From Octopus sinensis (lineage: Eukaryota), in the NCBI RefSeq assembly GCF_006345805.1, contig NC_043013.1, positions 15,500,001-15,564,000 on the forward strand: a stretch of DNA of 64,000 bases, given 5' to 3'. Positions within the stretch are counted from its first letter, which is position 1; the number at the start of each line of letters is the position of its first letter. The notes below the pieces were generated by a model, which did not search any database, was not told the origin of the DNA, and worked only from the letters and a program-made list of their open reading frames with translations. Shown here in pieces: positions 1 to 12,322 of this stretch. Made by a program: the position numbers and the translations under genes.

Positions 1-1110
1 TTTTAAATCACTTTTAGTCATCTTTTTCTCTGTTTGTCAACTGAATCTATCGTGAAGATCGCCCTGCTGCCTTCCTTTAACCAGAAGGAAAGGCTGTCTT
101 TATATGCCTAGTGACCATGGCGAAGTTGTAAGGTGGATAAGACTGAAGGGGATGAAGACAAACACTTTTCTCTTTGGCCAATCCTTAATCGACTTCAAGT
201 TTCACTTGAAAAGGAAAATAGGGATAGAGACGGAAGTCTAGTCTTCTGGCCAGTTTGCTGTAAGGTGGATGAAAGGGGTGAGAATGGTGCGTGTGAACGG
301 GTCTGCCCTGAGCATACGCCTGTGGTTTCAGAGAAGGAAAGAAAAAAAAGAAGGTACCTGTCCCAAAAGACAGAGTGCCCATGGTTTTTTATGGGGTTTT
401 TCCATGAGCAGCCCTTAAAAGTCTCTTCTTTATTAAGGAATACAAGTTGTTGAATTTGTTTTTTTTTCTTTGTTTACACGCAAAACCCTCGCAGCAGACA
501 CTGATACAGGTACACACGCATTCTTTGTTTTGTCCTGAACTGTCCACAATGTTTTTCTTAATGTAAACCTTTTGAGGTAAATAAAAAAAGAAAAGATTAC
601 CCCGCTGCCCTCCTTTGGCCGGGTGGGGCAGGCAATTTTTATTTGTCTGGTGGCTGTAGCGAAAGAGGTAGAATGGTGGATCGTCTGAAAGGGCTAAAGT
701 CAGGCACTTTCCTCTTTGGTTAAGCTCTCATCAACTTTTTAAAGTTTCCTTTGAAAAGGAAGTTGAGGGTGGAGAGGGAAGTGTTGCCTTGTAGCAAGTT
801 TGTTGAAAGGTGGGTGAACGTTGGTAGAATGGCCAGTGTGAAAGACCAGTTCCGAGTGTACACCTGTGAAGAAATAAAAGAAGGGATCTTGCCCTGTTGA
901 TCAGGCACCCGTGGCTCGTGTGGATTTTTCCATGAGGACCTTAAAACGCCTTCCCCTATTGGGAATTTTATTTTGTTTAATTTTCCATTGTTTTTTTATA
1001 ATGTTTACTCGATTCGAAAATCCACTGTATTGTCTTGTGTCGTCGTTTATGTTTGTGTCATGTCATTTTATGTTGTTTTATATAAGCCCTTGTGGTTAAT
1101 AAAAGAATAA
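1..1110 (+). mobile_element. Two adjacent 3' ends of Tx1/L1-like LINEs (about 1-600 and 655-1110)
   Basis: Related degenerate peptides RLKGMKTNTFLFGQSLIDFKFHLKRK...RW and KGLKSGTFLFG*ALINF...KRKLRVEREVL...FVERWVNV, each followed by a T-rich UTR and an A-rich tail. Confidence 0.6.
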
Positions 1111-1864
1111 AAAGACTAGCTAGCAGAATCGTTGGCACACCGGGCGATATGCTTAGCGGCATTTCGTCCGTCTTCACGTTCCGAGTTCAAATTTCGCCGA
1201 GGTCGACTTTGCCTTTCATCCTTTCGGGGGTCGATGAAATAAGTACCAGTTACACACTGGAGTCTTCCTCTCCCCCCAAAATGGCTGCCATTGAGACAAT
1301 ATTTGAAACCATCATCATCATTATTATTATTATTGAGTGAGAGAGCAGTTCATGCCATCAAAGTGACACTGGGGTAAAATATACGAAGCTCAATATACCC
1401 ATCATGACTACCCGTCTGATAAGGGTACACCAGGCACATGCATCACAACCATATGTGCACGACATGGTGATCTCATATCAAGATAAACAGCACATGACCT
1501 TGCAGATGGGGCCCAGTTCAGGTTGAGTAGCCCATCCCGCTCAAAAGGTCCCTGAATAAGGGTTGTTTAAGGATGTTGAAAGAACCACCCATGTTTCCAG
1601 AGGTGAATTATTCAAACCCCAAAGAATCCCTCTCAACACATGGCTATGAAGCCCCCCCACTATTCTGCTCGTGATCAGAGATGCACATATCATCAGACAC
1701 TAAGGGACATGCTCAACTGGTTAAGGTTAAACAACTGACAAGCAAATCTGTGGTATTGTGCAGAATATTTGCTGTAGCCCATCTTTTATACCAAGACAAA
1801 ACAATGTACATGATAACACTTCCAATCAGTTAAGATCAGAAGCCATGAGAACCTATTATTATTA

Positions 1865-1916
<52 letters not shown>

Positions 1917-2066
1917 TGATGAAAATTCAGCTTATTTTGCTGGGTAAGATGGAGTGTCAGCTGTCCATAGCCAGCAGACTAAGGTGACACTTGTTTACTG
2001 GTCATGCTTCAAAACATTGCGAAGCATTCTTGCAGTTCCAAGTAATATTGATTTTTGTAGGTGTTC

Positions 2067-2136
<70 letters not shown>

Positions 2137-2286
2137 TGATGAAAATTCAGCTTATTTTGCTGGGTAAGATGGAGTGTCAGCTGTCCATAGCCAGCAGACT
2201 AAGGTGACACTTGTTTACTGGTCATGCTTCAAAACATTGCGAAGCATTCTTGCAGTTCCAAGTAATATTGATTTTTGTAGGTGTTC

Positions 2287-2287
<1 letters not shown>
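1917..2287 (-). mobile_element. Two identical 151-bp Dong/R4-like 3' ends (1917-2067, 2137-2287) separated and flanked by (ATT)n
   Basis: Minus strand LQKSILLGTARMLRNVL; the two units are identical by eye. Confidence 0.8.
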
Positions 2288-2354
<67 letters not shown>

Positions 2355-3337
2355 TATTATTATATGCTATAACTATATTTCTGCCTCAGCAACTCAGCGC
2401 TGAAACTCTCTTGTCTGAAATGTAATGGAATATAGTGTAGTTTCAAAACAAAAGTAACGTGTGAAGGGAATAGTAGTCATTTCTTTTGATTTCTAGATAG
2501 AAACAAATAGAAAATAACACTTTCTCACCAAAGACAAAAAAAAAGGAAAAAAATAAAAATAAAATAAAAGAAATCTGTTATTCATTTGAGAACATTTCAA
2601 GTAAGTCAAATGGTTACATTATAGCTTCCTTTGTAGCTCGGTCTTTTGCATTTCATATCATTGCATTTCGTACTCTATTAAATCTTGTGCAAGAACCGTT
2701 ATTTAACTGCTCTTTTACTCTTTTACTTCTTTTAGTCATTTGACTGTGGCCATGCTGGAGCACCGCCTTTAGTCGAGCAAATCGACCCCACGACTTATTC
2801 TTTGCAAGCCTTGTACTTCTCTATCAGTCTCTTTTGCCGCACCGCTAAGTTATGGGGACGTAAACACACCAGCATCAGTTGTCAAGCGATGTTGGGGGGC
2901 GGGGACAGACACAGAGACATAAACATATACACACATATATATACATATATACGACGGGCTTCTTTCAGTTTCCGTCTACCAAATTCACTCACAAGGGTTT
3001 GGTTGGCCCGAGGCTATAGTAGAAGACACTGGCCCAAGGTGCCACGCAGTGGGACTGAACCCGGAACCATGTGGTTGGTAAGCAACCTACTTACCACACA
3101 GCCACTCCTACTCCTACGCTGTTAAAGTTGATGAAATATTTAAATGATCTTCTTTCCCCAGAAACTTGTTTTCTGTTTTCATTTCATGCAGTTCGAACTC
3201 CCTGTAAACCTTACAAACAAGAAGTATTAAATGTCCCAACGAACAACAAAATTGAACAGTAAAAATAAAATAAAATTTTTTTTAAATGATACAATTATCT
3301 GTAAAACAAAAAGAGGTATATCACATGATAAATATAT

Positions 3338-3379
<42 letters not shown>

Positions 3380-3690
3380 TGTCATTTGAAGTTTATTTTA
3401 TATAGTTTTATTGTTTAAAATTAAATAAAGATGATGAAAAAATAATAAAAGAAATTGAACAAAAAGCTCCGTTCAAAATGCCAGAAGAAAATAGCAAACA
3501 TAAAACACACAAAAAAATAAAAATGAAGAGAATGAAGTTTCCAGATTTTCAGTTTTTCTCTGGCCAGATTTCCCGGGATTTTCTCTCTAGATTCTCATGT
3601 TCTTTGCCAATACTTTTTTTTACCAGATTTTTAATTTTTTTTTCTTTCATTCTCGCTCTCTCCAGATTTCCAGTTTTTGCTAGATATTTC

Positions 3691-3696
3691 TTTATT
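3691..3696 (-). promoter_or_regulatory. Candidate polyadenylation signal AATAAA about 120 nt past the stop
   Basis: TTTATT on the plus strand. The hexamer is common in this AT-rich DNA, so support is weak. Confidence 0.3.
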
Positions 3697-3814
3697 TTTT
3701 TTTTAGTTTCCACCCCGCAATATTTCCAGCTCTTTACCCCTCAGATTTCCAGCACTTTCTAGATTTTCGGAATGGAGCGGTGGAAGATGTGTGGTGTTTA
3801 TAAACTCTGCCCTA

Positions 3815-3928
3815 TCACAGTTCGCCGCTCTTTTCTTCACTGGACTGGGTAGAAGCCGCCGCGTTCACCTCGTTCACAACATTCTCAAGGAAATCATCGC
3901 CAAAGCCTGTTGGAATATTCACCTCATT
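3815..3928 (-). CDS. Last coding exon NEVNIPTGFGDDFLENVVNEVNAAASTQSSEEKSGEL-stop
   Basis: tttttttaactcaccag acceptor, phase 0, ends in TGA followed by TAG. Confidence 0.85.
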   Translation of the reverse strand, partial: NEVNIPTGFGDDFLENVVNEVNAAASTQSSEEKSGEL

Positions 3929-4076
3929 CTGGTGAGTTAAAAAAAAAACAGAAAAGAATAGAATAATTAAAGATATATATCTGAAAGTATTGCTACGATT
4001 GATGTTGTCATAGGAAATACAGAACATTATTTCAGAATTTATTGTCTTATGTCGATACAAATCGAATACTTATATA

Positions 4077-5356
4077 CAAGAGGGTATCAAAAAGTTCCTG
4101 GACTAGGTTATGTTTGATAAGAAATAACTTATTTATCTACCATCCAAAGTACCTTGGATCGCAGAACGGCCTGCTGTGCTTATCTTAGATCGTAGGGCGA
4201 CTTGCTGTGCTTGAGAAGACCTATTGAGTCACGTACATCAACATCAAAATAAAAAATCAAATGGAAATTGTAGTTGTGATACCATTGCCGGTGGCACGTA
4301 AAAAGCACCATCTGAATGTGGCCGAGGCCAGCGCCGCCTTGACTGGCTTCTGTGCTGGTGGCACGTAAAAAAGCACCAAATGATCGTGGCCACTGCCAGT
4401 TTACCCTGGCACCTGTGCCGGCGGCACGTAAAAAGCACCCACTACATTCACGGAGTGGTTGGTGTTAGGAAGGGCATCCAGCTGTAGCAACACTGCCAGA
4501 TCAGACTGGAGCCTGGTGCAGCCTCCTGGCTTCCCAGACCCCGGTCGAACCGTCCAACCCATGCTAGCATGGAAAATAGACGTTAAACGATGATGATGAT
4601 GATGATGATGATGATTGAACATCATTCCTTTTGAAATAGTCACCTTGTGCAGCAATACACCGGTCCCAGTGTTCCTGACACTTTTGGAATCCGGCCCGAA
4701 AGTTGTTTTCCATACGCAAATCGAGGACCTTCTGCGATTCGTTCTTGATCTCGACAACGGTGTTAAAAGGACGATCTTGGGGAAGGTGCTAAAGCTGGCG
4801 AATAGGTCAGGGGTGGAAGCGATACCATGTTGCTTTTGACGAGAAACTCATGAGTGAAAAAAGCTCGGTGAAAAATCCAATTATCTGCGCTCCACAGATC
4901 CAGTCGCTTTTGCCAAATGTCCTCCTTTAAACACTTCAAAACGTTGCACTAGAACTTTCAATTGATAGCCTGGCCCTGGAGGACAAATTGTTGATGCACA
5001 ATACAACATTTCCAGGGCTGATGCTCGTGGCAGGTCTTCCAGATTACTCATTATCTCCCAGGGACTTTCTTCCGCTTTTGAAATGCCCTTGCCACTCAAA
5101 ATATTACGTACTACCCAGTGCCTAGTCACCGTAAACCTGCCCAACTGTATTCAATGTCTCTCAAGTTTAACGCAAAATTTCATGTTGTTTCACTGTTTCA
5201 ACTTCCTGTCCATGACAAAATCGCAAGACTATAACATACACAAATTTTACAATTTTTGAAGTAAACACTGCAATGTCAGTTGGCAGTCTGCCTCATGAAG
5301 GCTGCCATCTGTTGGCACGCTACAGAACTAGTCTAGGAACTTTTTAATACCACCTC

Positions 5357-5357
<1 letters not shown>
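4077..5357 (-). mobile_element. Internally deleted mariner (Tc1/mariner) element with a nested SINE at about 4270-4610
   Basis: TA-flanked TIRs ...GGTATCAAAAAGTTCCTGGACTAG / CTAGTCTAGGAACTTTTTAATACC; decayed transposase IVHQQFV..GQ.IN, SADNWIFH, TYSPALAP, WDRCIAAQGDYF. Confidence 0.88.
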
Positions 5358-5387
<30 letters not shown>

Positions 5388-7037
5388 TGTATGTATGTAT
5401 GTATGTATGTATGTATGTATGTATGTATGCATGCATACATGCATGTATGTATGTACGTAGCTTTATACATACATACATACATACATACATACATACATAC
5501 ATACATACATACATACACACACACATACATACATACATTATATATATATAGACTTTATAGATTAACAAGGCAACCAATGGTTTCATGTAGAGAAATCTCG
5601 GCAATTCTTCATGCGATTCACTCAAGGAAGTTGGTATTTGTTTCCGCTTTCAATGAGAATATACAAGATTATGTGTGGCAATGTGGAACTTCAAAATACA
5701 TATATATATATATATATATAGATCAGGGCAGGTGACTTAAGGATTTCTTAATTGTTATCTCCCTTGCATTGGCACTGCATTTTTGCAAGAACTTGTGTTT
5801 ACCATAGATTAGTTAATTCTTTAATCATCTTTTCCGAAAGCGTTTATGCACACTCATATTTATAAATATATTTATATCTAGAGCATGCTTACTCTGAAAG
5901 AAGTATCACTCAACAGGTTACGTTGCTCAGAGATAAAAGTATCTCTCCTGGTTAAGCGCAGAGAAGCTACAGCTCTGGAACTATGGACATGTGATTAGAA
6001 TATCACAAGAAAGTCTCGCAAGAGGGTTTCTCCAAACCGAGCCAACCAGGAGATCTTTTGATAGTGCAAGAATGAAAGATGGTTGGATAATATCCGAGTG
6101 GCTGTGTGGTAAGTAGCTTGCTAACCAACCACATGGTTACGGGTTCAGTCCCACTGCGTGGCATCTTGGGCAAGTGTTTTCTGCTATAGCCCCGGGCCGA
6201 CCAATGCCTTGTGAGTGGATTTGGTAGACGGAAACTGAAAGAAGCCTGTCGTATATATGTGTATATATATATATGTATGTGTGTGTGTTTCTGTGTCTGT
6301 GTTTGAACCCCTAGCATTGCTAGACAACCGATGCTGGTGTGCTTACGTCCCCGTCACTTAGCGGTTCGGCAAAAAGAGACCGATAGAATAAGTACTGGGC
6401 TTACAAAGAATAAGTCCCGGGGTCGATTTGCTCGACTAAAGGCGGTGCTCCAGGCATGGCCGCAGTCAAATGACTGAAACAAGTAAAAGAGAGTAAAAGA
6501 GTAAATAGTTTAAGTTGGTCACACTTGGAATTCCAATCAGAAAGTGTAATGACGGTTACCCTGATAGAATCCTCTGGATGAAGAACTTGAGAACTTTAAC
6601 TCCACGATCCTCCTAGCAATAGTTGACAGAGAAGATGGATGGATGTAAAAATAATAATATTTTGACGTACCACCAGTTGGCTTTGAGGAATAGAAGACGG
6701 TGGCATAGACAGAGTGTGTACCGTCCAGAGGAGCCCTTGAGTTTGCTGCACCCAAAGTGAGACCCCAAACTTATACAGGATTTTACAGGTAGACTCCTAA
6801 ATATTGCCCTTTTAAAATCGTCGCCTGGGGCGGATTGCTTTCTCGCCCTTCCCTAAAAGAAGACCAATGATATTTTTATCCTCTTTTTGTTGTAAAGTTT
6901 TAATAAATGACAGATGTTTTGGTTTATATGGTCAAAACTATTGAATGCCAGAGAAAAGAAGAAGAAAAAACAGAAAGAAGAAGAGTATTGACTGCAGAAG
7001 ACAAGAAAATGTAAAAGGAATACGTAGATTCACTGAC

Positions 7038-7174
7038 CTCTTGAGTCTCATATTTGATTGGTCCAATGCGGAAATTAAATTGGCTTTTATTCAGAAGAAC
7101 CACACCAGCGGGTACCAGAGATATTAGTATAAGAACTCCAATGACTATACCAGCGATAGCGCCACCACTCAATC
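7038..7174 (-). CDS. Transmembrane exon GLSGGAIAGIVIGVLILISLVPAGVVLLNKSQFNFRIGPIKYETQE (1->0)
   Basis: LSGGAIAGIVIG is a typical type I TM start with about 23 hydrophobic residues; GAG|GTCAGT donor, 137 nt. Confidence 0.93.
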
Positions 7175-7215
7175 CTATAAGTATCGATGCATATTATATA
7201 AGCATGCATATATAG

Positions 7216-7313
<98 letters not shown>

Positions 7314-7594
7314 ATATATTAATATATATATATATATATTATATACAAAATAAGAAAATGAAGAAATACACCTTAATCAATAATCAACTACCAGATGATA
7401 CCCAATCACATAATTTATTAAACCACTACATATGAACATCAAGGTCAAACAATAAATACAATAAATGAATTAATTGCATCGCAATTCTTTACATTTATGT
7501 ATTAACTTGTTTTGGGTTGCTTTACTGGCAGTATATGGATTATGTTATCCCATTGGGGGGTTGCTGGGTTGCACTCACAACCCCTATCTCAATT

Positions 7595-7667
<73 letters not shown>

Positions 7668-7840
7668 ATAAATATTAGGGAATAAATCCAAATTTACAGG
7701 GAAAAATCAGATTTAGGATTAAATCCAATTTTATAGTAAAATATTATAAAATATTATTAGAGACAAAACCACTATTTTGCAAAACAAACAAGGAAAGACT
7801 TATCAATACATAAAATTTTAATAAATAGTCAGAAAAACCG

Positions 7841-7883
7841 CCACTACAATTGTTTCTTGTCTTTATCGACAATCTTCAGGTGG
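7841..7883 (-). ncRNA. Minimal type I hammerhead ribozyme, inverted copy
   Basis: Reverse complement reads ccac CTGAAGA ttgtc-gataaa-gacaa GAAA caattg TA gtgg. Confidence 0.85.
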
Positions 7884-7907
7884 ACTTCCAATAAGTCAGT
7901 TTCAAAT

Positions 7908-7943
<36 letters not shown>

Positions 7944-7989
7944 ATATATATAGATATAATATATATTTTGAAACTCACTTATTGGAAGT

Positions 7990-8032
7990 CCACCTGAAGA
8001 TTGTCGATCAAGACAAGAAACAATTGTAGTGG
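7990..8032 (+). ncRNA. Minimal type I hammerhead ribozyme (Penelope-type), canonical core
   Basis: ccac CTGAAGA ttgtc-gatcaa-gacaa GAAA c-aatt-g TA gtgg: 4-bp stem I, 5-bp stem II, short stem III with palindromic AATT loop, GUA cleavage triplet. Confidence 0.85.
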
Positions 8033-8118
8033 CGGTTTTTCTGACTATTTATTAAAATTTTATGTATTGATTAAGTCTTTCCTTGTTTGTTTTGCAAAAT
8101 AGTGGTTTGTCTCTAATA

Positions 8119-8161
<43 letters not shown>

Positions 8162-8303
8162 TCTTATATATATATGTTATATATATATATAATATCTATA
8201 TATATCTATATATAGATATATAATATGTATGTATATGTATAGATATATATATATATATAATATATATATATATATATAATATATAATATATATATTATAT
8301 ATG

Positions 8304-8362
<59 letters not shown>

Positions 8363-8544
8363 TATAAAATAATAAATATTAGGGAATAAATCCAAATTTA
8401 CAGGGAAAAATCAGATTTAGGATTAAATCCAATTTTATAGTAAAATATTATAAAATACTATTAGAGACAAAACCACTATTTTGCAAAACAAACAAGGAAA
8501 GACTTAATCAATACATAAAATTTTAATAATAGTCAAAAAAACCG

Positions 8545-8587
8545 CCACTACAATTGTTACTTGTCTTGATCGACAATCTTCAGGTGG
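8545..8587 (-). ncRNA. Third hammerhead copy with GAAA->GTAA core substitution
   Basis: Same sequence as 7841-7883 except GTAAC in place of GAAAC (mutation or consensus error). Confidence 0.6.
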
Positions 8588-8632
8588 ACTTCCAATAAGT
8601 CAGTTTCAAATTATATATATATATATATATAT

Positions 8633-8683
<51 letters not shown>

Positions 8684-9691
8684 TGTTAGTTCTAAGCAGT
8701 GTTTAGGCATGAGCAGAATTTAGATTAGTTGAAATATATTTTTGACATATTTCAACTGCTAAAATGCAAATATACTGCAGTTACCATGGAGAGTATATTT
8801 CTCTTATGGTAAAAAGGCTGCGACAACAAAGTTTCCAGTCGATCCGATCAACGGTACAACCATCGTGGAATTAAAGAGCAAAGGGAGATTCAGTGTGACA
8901 CAGAATGTGACAAGGGTGGCCCCTTTCAATTACTGGTACAACTCATTTTTGCCAGCTGAGTGGATTGGAGCAATGTGAAATGTAATGTTTTGCTCAAGGA
9001 CATTATGCACCGCTAGGAATTGAACTCATGACCTTACGATCATCAGCCGAATACCATAACCACTAAGCTACATGCCTTCACGTATACATACATACATACA
9101 TACATACATACATACTACATACATACATGCATACGTGCATACATACATACATACATACATACATACATACATACATACATACATACATACATAATACATA
9201 CATGCATACGTGCATACATACATACATACATACATACATACATACATACATACATACATACAACATACATGCATGCATGCATGCATGCATACATACATAC
9301 ATGCATACGTGCATACATACATACATACATACATACATACATACATACATACATACATACATACATGCATACGTGCATACATACATACATATATACATAC
9401 ATAGATTGTCACTGTGACAAGCTTGTGTAGAACCAGCCAAGCATTTTGAAAAGGTTAGTGGCAGAAAGCTGGTGCAAATGTTCCCCATACACTCAATGAA
9501 CAACATAGCTCAGGCTTTTCTTTTGGAGTCCTCCATCTCCTGGGTTAGTTGCCTTCGCCACAGCTTAGAGTTCAACAACCCTATTATGATAAATGTGCAC
9601 CAGAGTGCTAAACCAGAAATTTTATGAGTGCCTCCTCCCCCTCCTCTCTGTTTCTCTTTCTCAAATCAACAATTTGATCGCAGACACTTGC

Positions 9692-9751
9692 CTGAAATGT
9701 ATACAGGATCTCGAGGTAGTGACATTGGAGTGAGGAGTGTGGAAGTGGTTA
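9692..9751 (-). CDS. Juxtamembrane Ser/Thr-rich exon ITTSTLLTPMSLPRDPVYIS (1->1) with GC donor
   Basis: tttgttgcag acceptor, CAG|GCAAGT non-canonical donor, 60 nt, phase-symmetric. Confidence 0.75.
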
Positions 9752-9826
9752 CTGCAACAAAGTCCACAAAAAAAACACAACAAAAACAAAAACGCATCCC
9801 TATTAAAATGTAAACGTATTTCTTAC

Positions 9827-9952
9827 TTGCTTTTTCACATTTACTACCCTGTCCAGAAGCACAATTGCAAACTCCTGTGACAGGATCACAGTCGTTGCCT
9901 GAACAGTCACATGGTTTGCATGAAGGGCCATAATGCTTTGATTTTACACAGT
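9827..9952 (-). CDS. Exon: EGF-like repeat CVKSKHYGPSCKPCDCSGNDCDPVTGVCNCASGQGSKCEKA (1->1)
   Basis: CDPVTGxCxC motif, ttttgtttcag acceptor, A|GTAAGA donor, 126 nt. Confidence 0.93.
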
Positions 9953-10164
9953 CTGAAACAAAAAAAAACAAAATTTCATATTAGATTATAAATTTCCTGA
10001 AAGTTAAATGAGACTGTTACTATTTGATATGCCGTAGACTGTCTTTCCGAATTGCTGGTTTTGCACCAAAATGTAAAAGAATTCTATTATCATTGGCAGA
10101 ATTGTTAGAGCATTGGACATTAATGTTTAGTGGCACTTGTGTCTTGTGCCAAACTTTGAGACCA

Positions 10165-10195
<31 letters not shown>

Positions 10196-10770
10196 TTATG
10201 TTTGACTTTCGTTTTACATTTGTACAAGTTGGCTCCAAGTCTCACCTAGAGACCTCAAGAGACAAAAAGTTGGAAGTTCATGATGGTGTTATGCTTAGGG
10301 TGCCATATATTTGGTTTTGTACATGGTGTTGTTCTAGAGAATGTTTAAGAAACCATGAGAAAATGATGTGTTTGTTTTAAAACTTGAGATTACATAGAAA
10401 GTATTTTGCGTAGGATATGGGCAGTTCCCATGAGCACTATCTTTTGAATTTCTGCCATTTTCGGGTTTCCTGGTATCTGAGCTAGGTAGCAATCAGCCCC
10501 TTTTGCTATCATTTCCAGGGCACTTATGACAACAGGTATTGTTTTAGTCTTCAGGTTTTATATTTTGCTAATTTCTATTTCAAGATTTTTATACTTGCTC
10601 AGTTTTTGGTAGGTCTTGACAGACACGTTTATATCGATTGGGATAGTCATATCAATGAGGAGGCATGATTTTTGTCTGAAGTCTTTCAATATGATGTCTA
10701 GCCTATTTGCATCTATCTTTCTGTCAGTTTGAATGGTGAAGTTCCAGAGGAGTGTGATGTGATCGTTTTT
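10196..10770 (-). mobile_element. Dong/R4-clade LINE 3' end with UTR, (AAT)n at both sides
   Basis: LLWNFTIQTDRKIDANRLDII...LLIDMTIP...KYK, then frameshifted QKIVLMGTAHILRKILS*. Confidence 0.85.
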
Positions 10771-11244
10771 TATTATTATTATTAGTATTATTATTGAGTG
10801 AGAGAGCAGTGCATGCCATCAAAGTGACACTGGGGTAAAATATACGAAGCTCAGTATACCCATCACGACTACCTGTCTGATAAGGGTACATTGGGCACAT
10901 GCATCACAACCATATGTACACCACTTGGTGATCTCATATCAAGGTAAACAACGCATGACTTTGCAGGTGGGGGTCCAGTTAGAATTTTTTTCTAGTCGAG
11001 TAACCCATCCCGCTCAAAAGGTCTCTGAATAAGGATTATCTAAGGATGTTGAACGAAACACCCATGTTACCAAGGGTGAATTATCCAAACCCTAAAGAAT
11101 TCTTCTGAACAATGGCTATGATGCTCCCCCACTACTTCTGCTTGTGGTCAGAGATGCATATATCTTCAGCCACTGAGGGACAGACAATACGAAGAGCGCG
11201 ATGTGATTGGAATAGATTGTTTACTGGTTTGAACGATATTTCAA

Positions 11245-11464
11245 CAGCTTGGCTGTCTTTTTCAATTTCAAAATTTTAAATGAATAGAGAAATTCAAAAT
11301 TATAGAAATTCAAATTCAAAAGCTTGAACGAGGGGTTCCTGCATCTACTCATTCAAATTTTTGAATTTGAATTTCTATTATTTTGAATCCCTGTGTTCAT
11401 TTTACATTTCAAACTTTAAAAAAAAACAAAACAAAAAAAAAACAAAACAAAAACAGGCAAGCTG
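11245..11464. mobile_element. Small MITE-like element with terminal and internal inverted repeats
   Basis: CAGCTTGGCTGTCTTTTT / AAAAACAGGCAAGCTG ends; internal ATAGAAATTCAAATTCAAAA / TTTTGAATTTGAATTTCTAT. Confidence 0.5.
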
Positions 11465-11749
11465 CTGAAATATCTTTCACACTGATAAACAATCTATTGC
11501 AATCGTCTCATGCCTGTCGTATTGTCTACTTAAGAGTTACGTAATTCCTTTTAAAATATCATCATCCTCATCATCGTTATTATTTTACTTTTAATCTGCA
11601 TGTTTGTTACAATCACTTGCTGAGACATACCCAGTGTCCTGGGGCGAGTGAAAGATAAGAGATGTTGCAGTTTGACTGAAAGCTTGGGGAGGGGAAGTGG
11701 CGGGGGCAGTAGCAAAATAATCTTCATGTAATACAACAGACAGTTAAAT

Positions 11750-11935
11750 GGATAGGGTTTTTCTAAGGATGTGGGCAGTACTTGTAAGTACAATCTTTTG
11801 GATTTCTCTGAGACATGGTTCTCCTGGGATGTTATCTGGATATTTCTGACATCCACTCACTTTTTTTATCATACCTGGGACACCTACAATAACAGGAACA
11901 GTTCTTGCTTTAAGATACCACATCTCTTGTATTTC
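11750..11935 (-). mobile_element. Dong/R4-clade 3' fragment
   Basis: NIPGEPCLREIQKIVLTSTAHILRK matches 21860-21960. Confidence 0.75.
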
Positions 11936-12289
11936 AATTTCCAGGTCCTTATATTTACTTAATTTGTCAAATTCATTTACATATATATTTTTATCAGTGG
12001 GAATACTTATATCTATTATTATTATTATTGTTGTTGTTATTATTATAACAATAATAATAATAATGAAGTAGGAAGAGTAACAATAGAAGAAAATGAGAGA
12101 GATAGAGAAAGATAGAAAGGAAAAGACAAAAGTGAGTTGAAGTAGAAAAAGAATAAAATGTTAGAAGAAAAGTTAAAATAAGACATACATAACCACAAGA
12201 ATGAAGATGACGATGACGACGATGATGAAAGTGATGGCAGTGGTGGTGATGATGGTTATGATGTGATGATGTTAATGATGCTACTGCAT

Positions 12290-12322
<33 letters not shown>

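Noticed and set aside
6660-6760. Candidate exon between the TM exon and the last exon
   Set aside because: No recognisable motif, and the TM and last exons join in phase 0 without it. It cannot be excluded as a minor exon.
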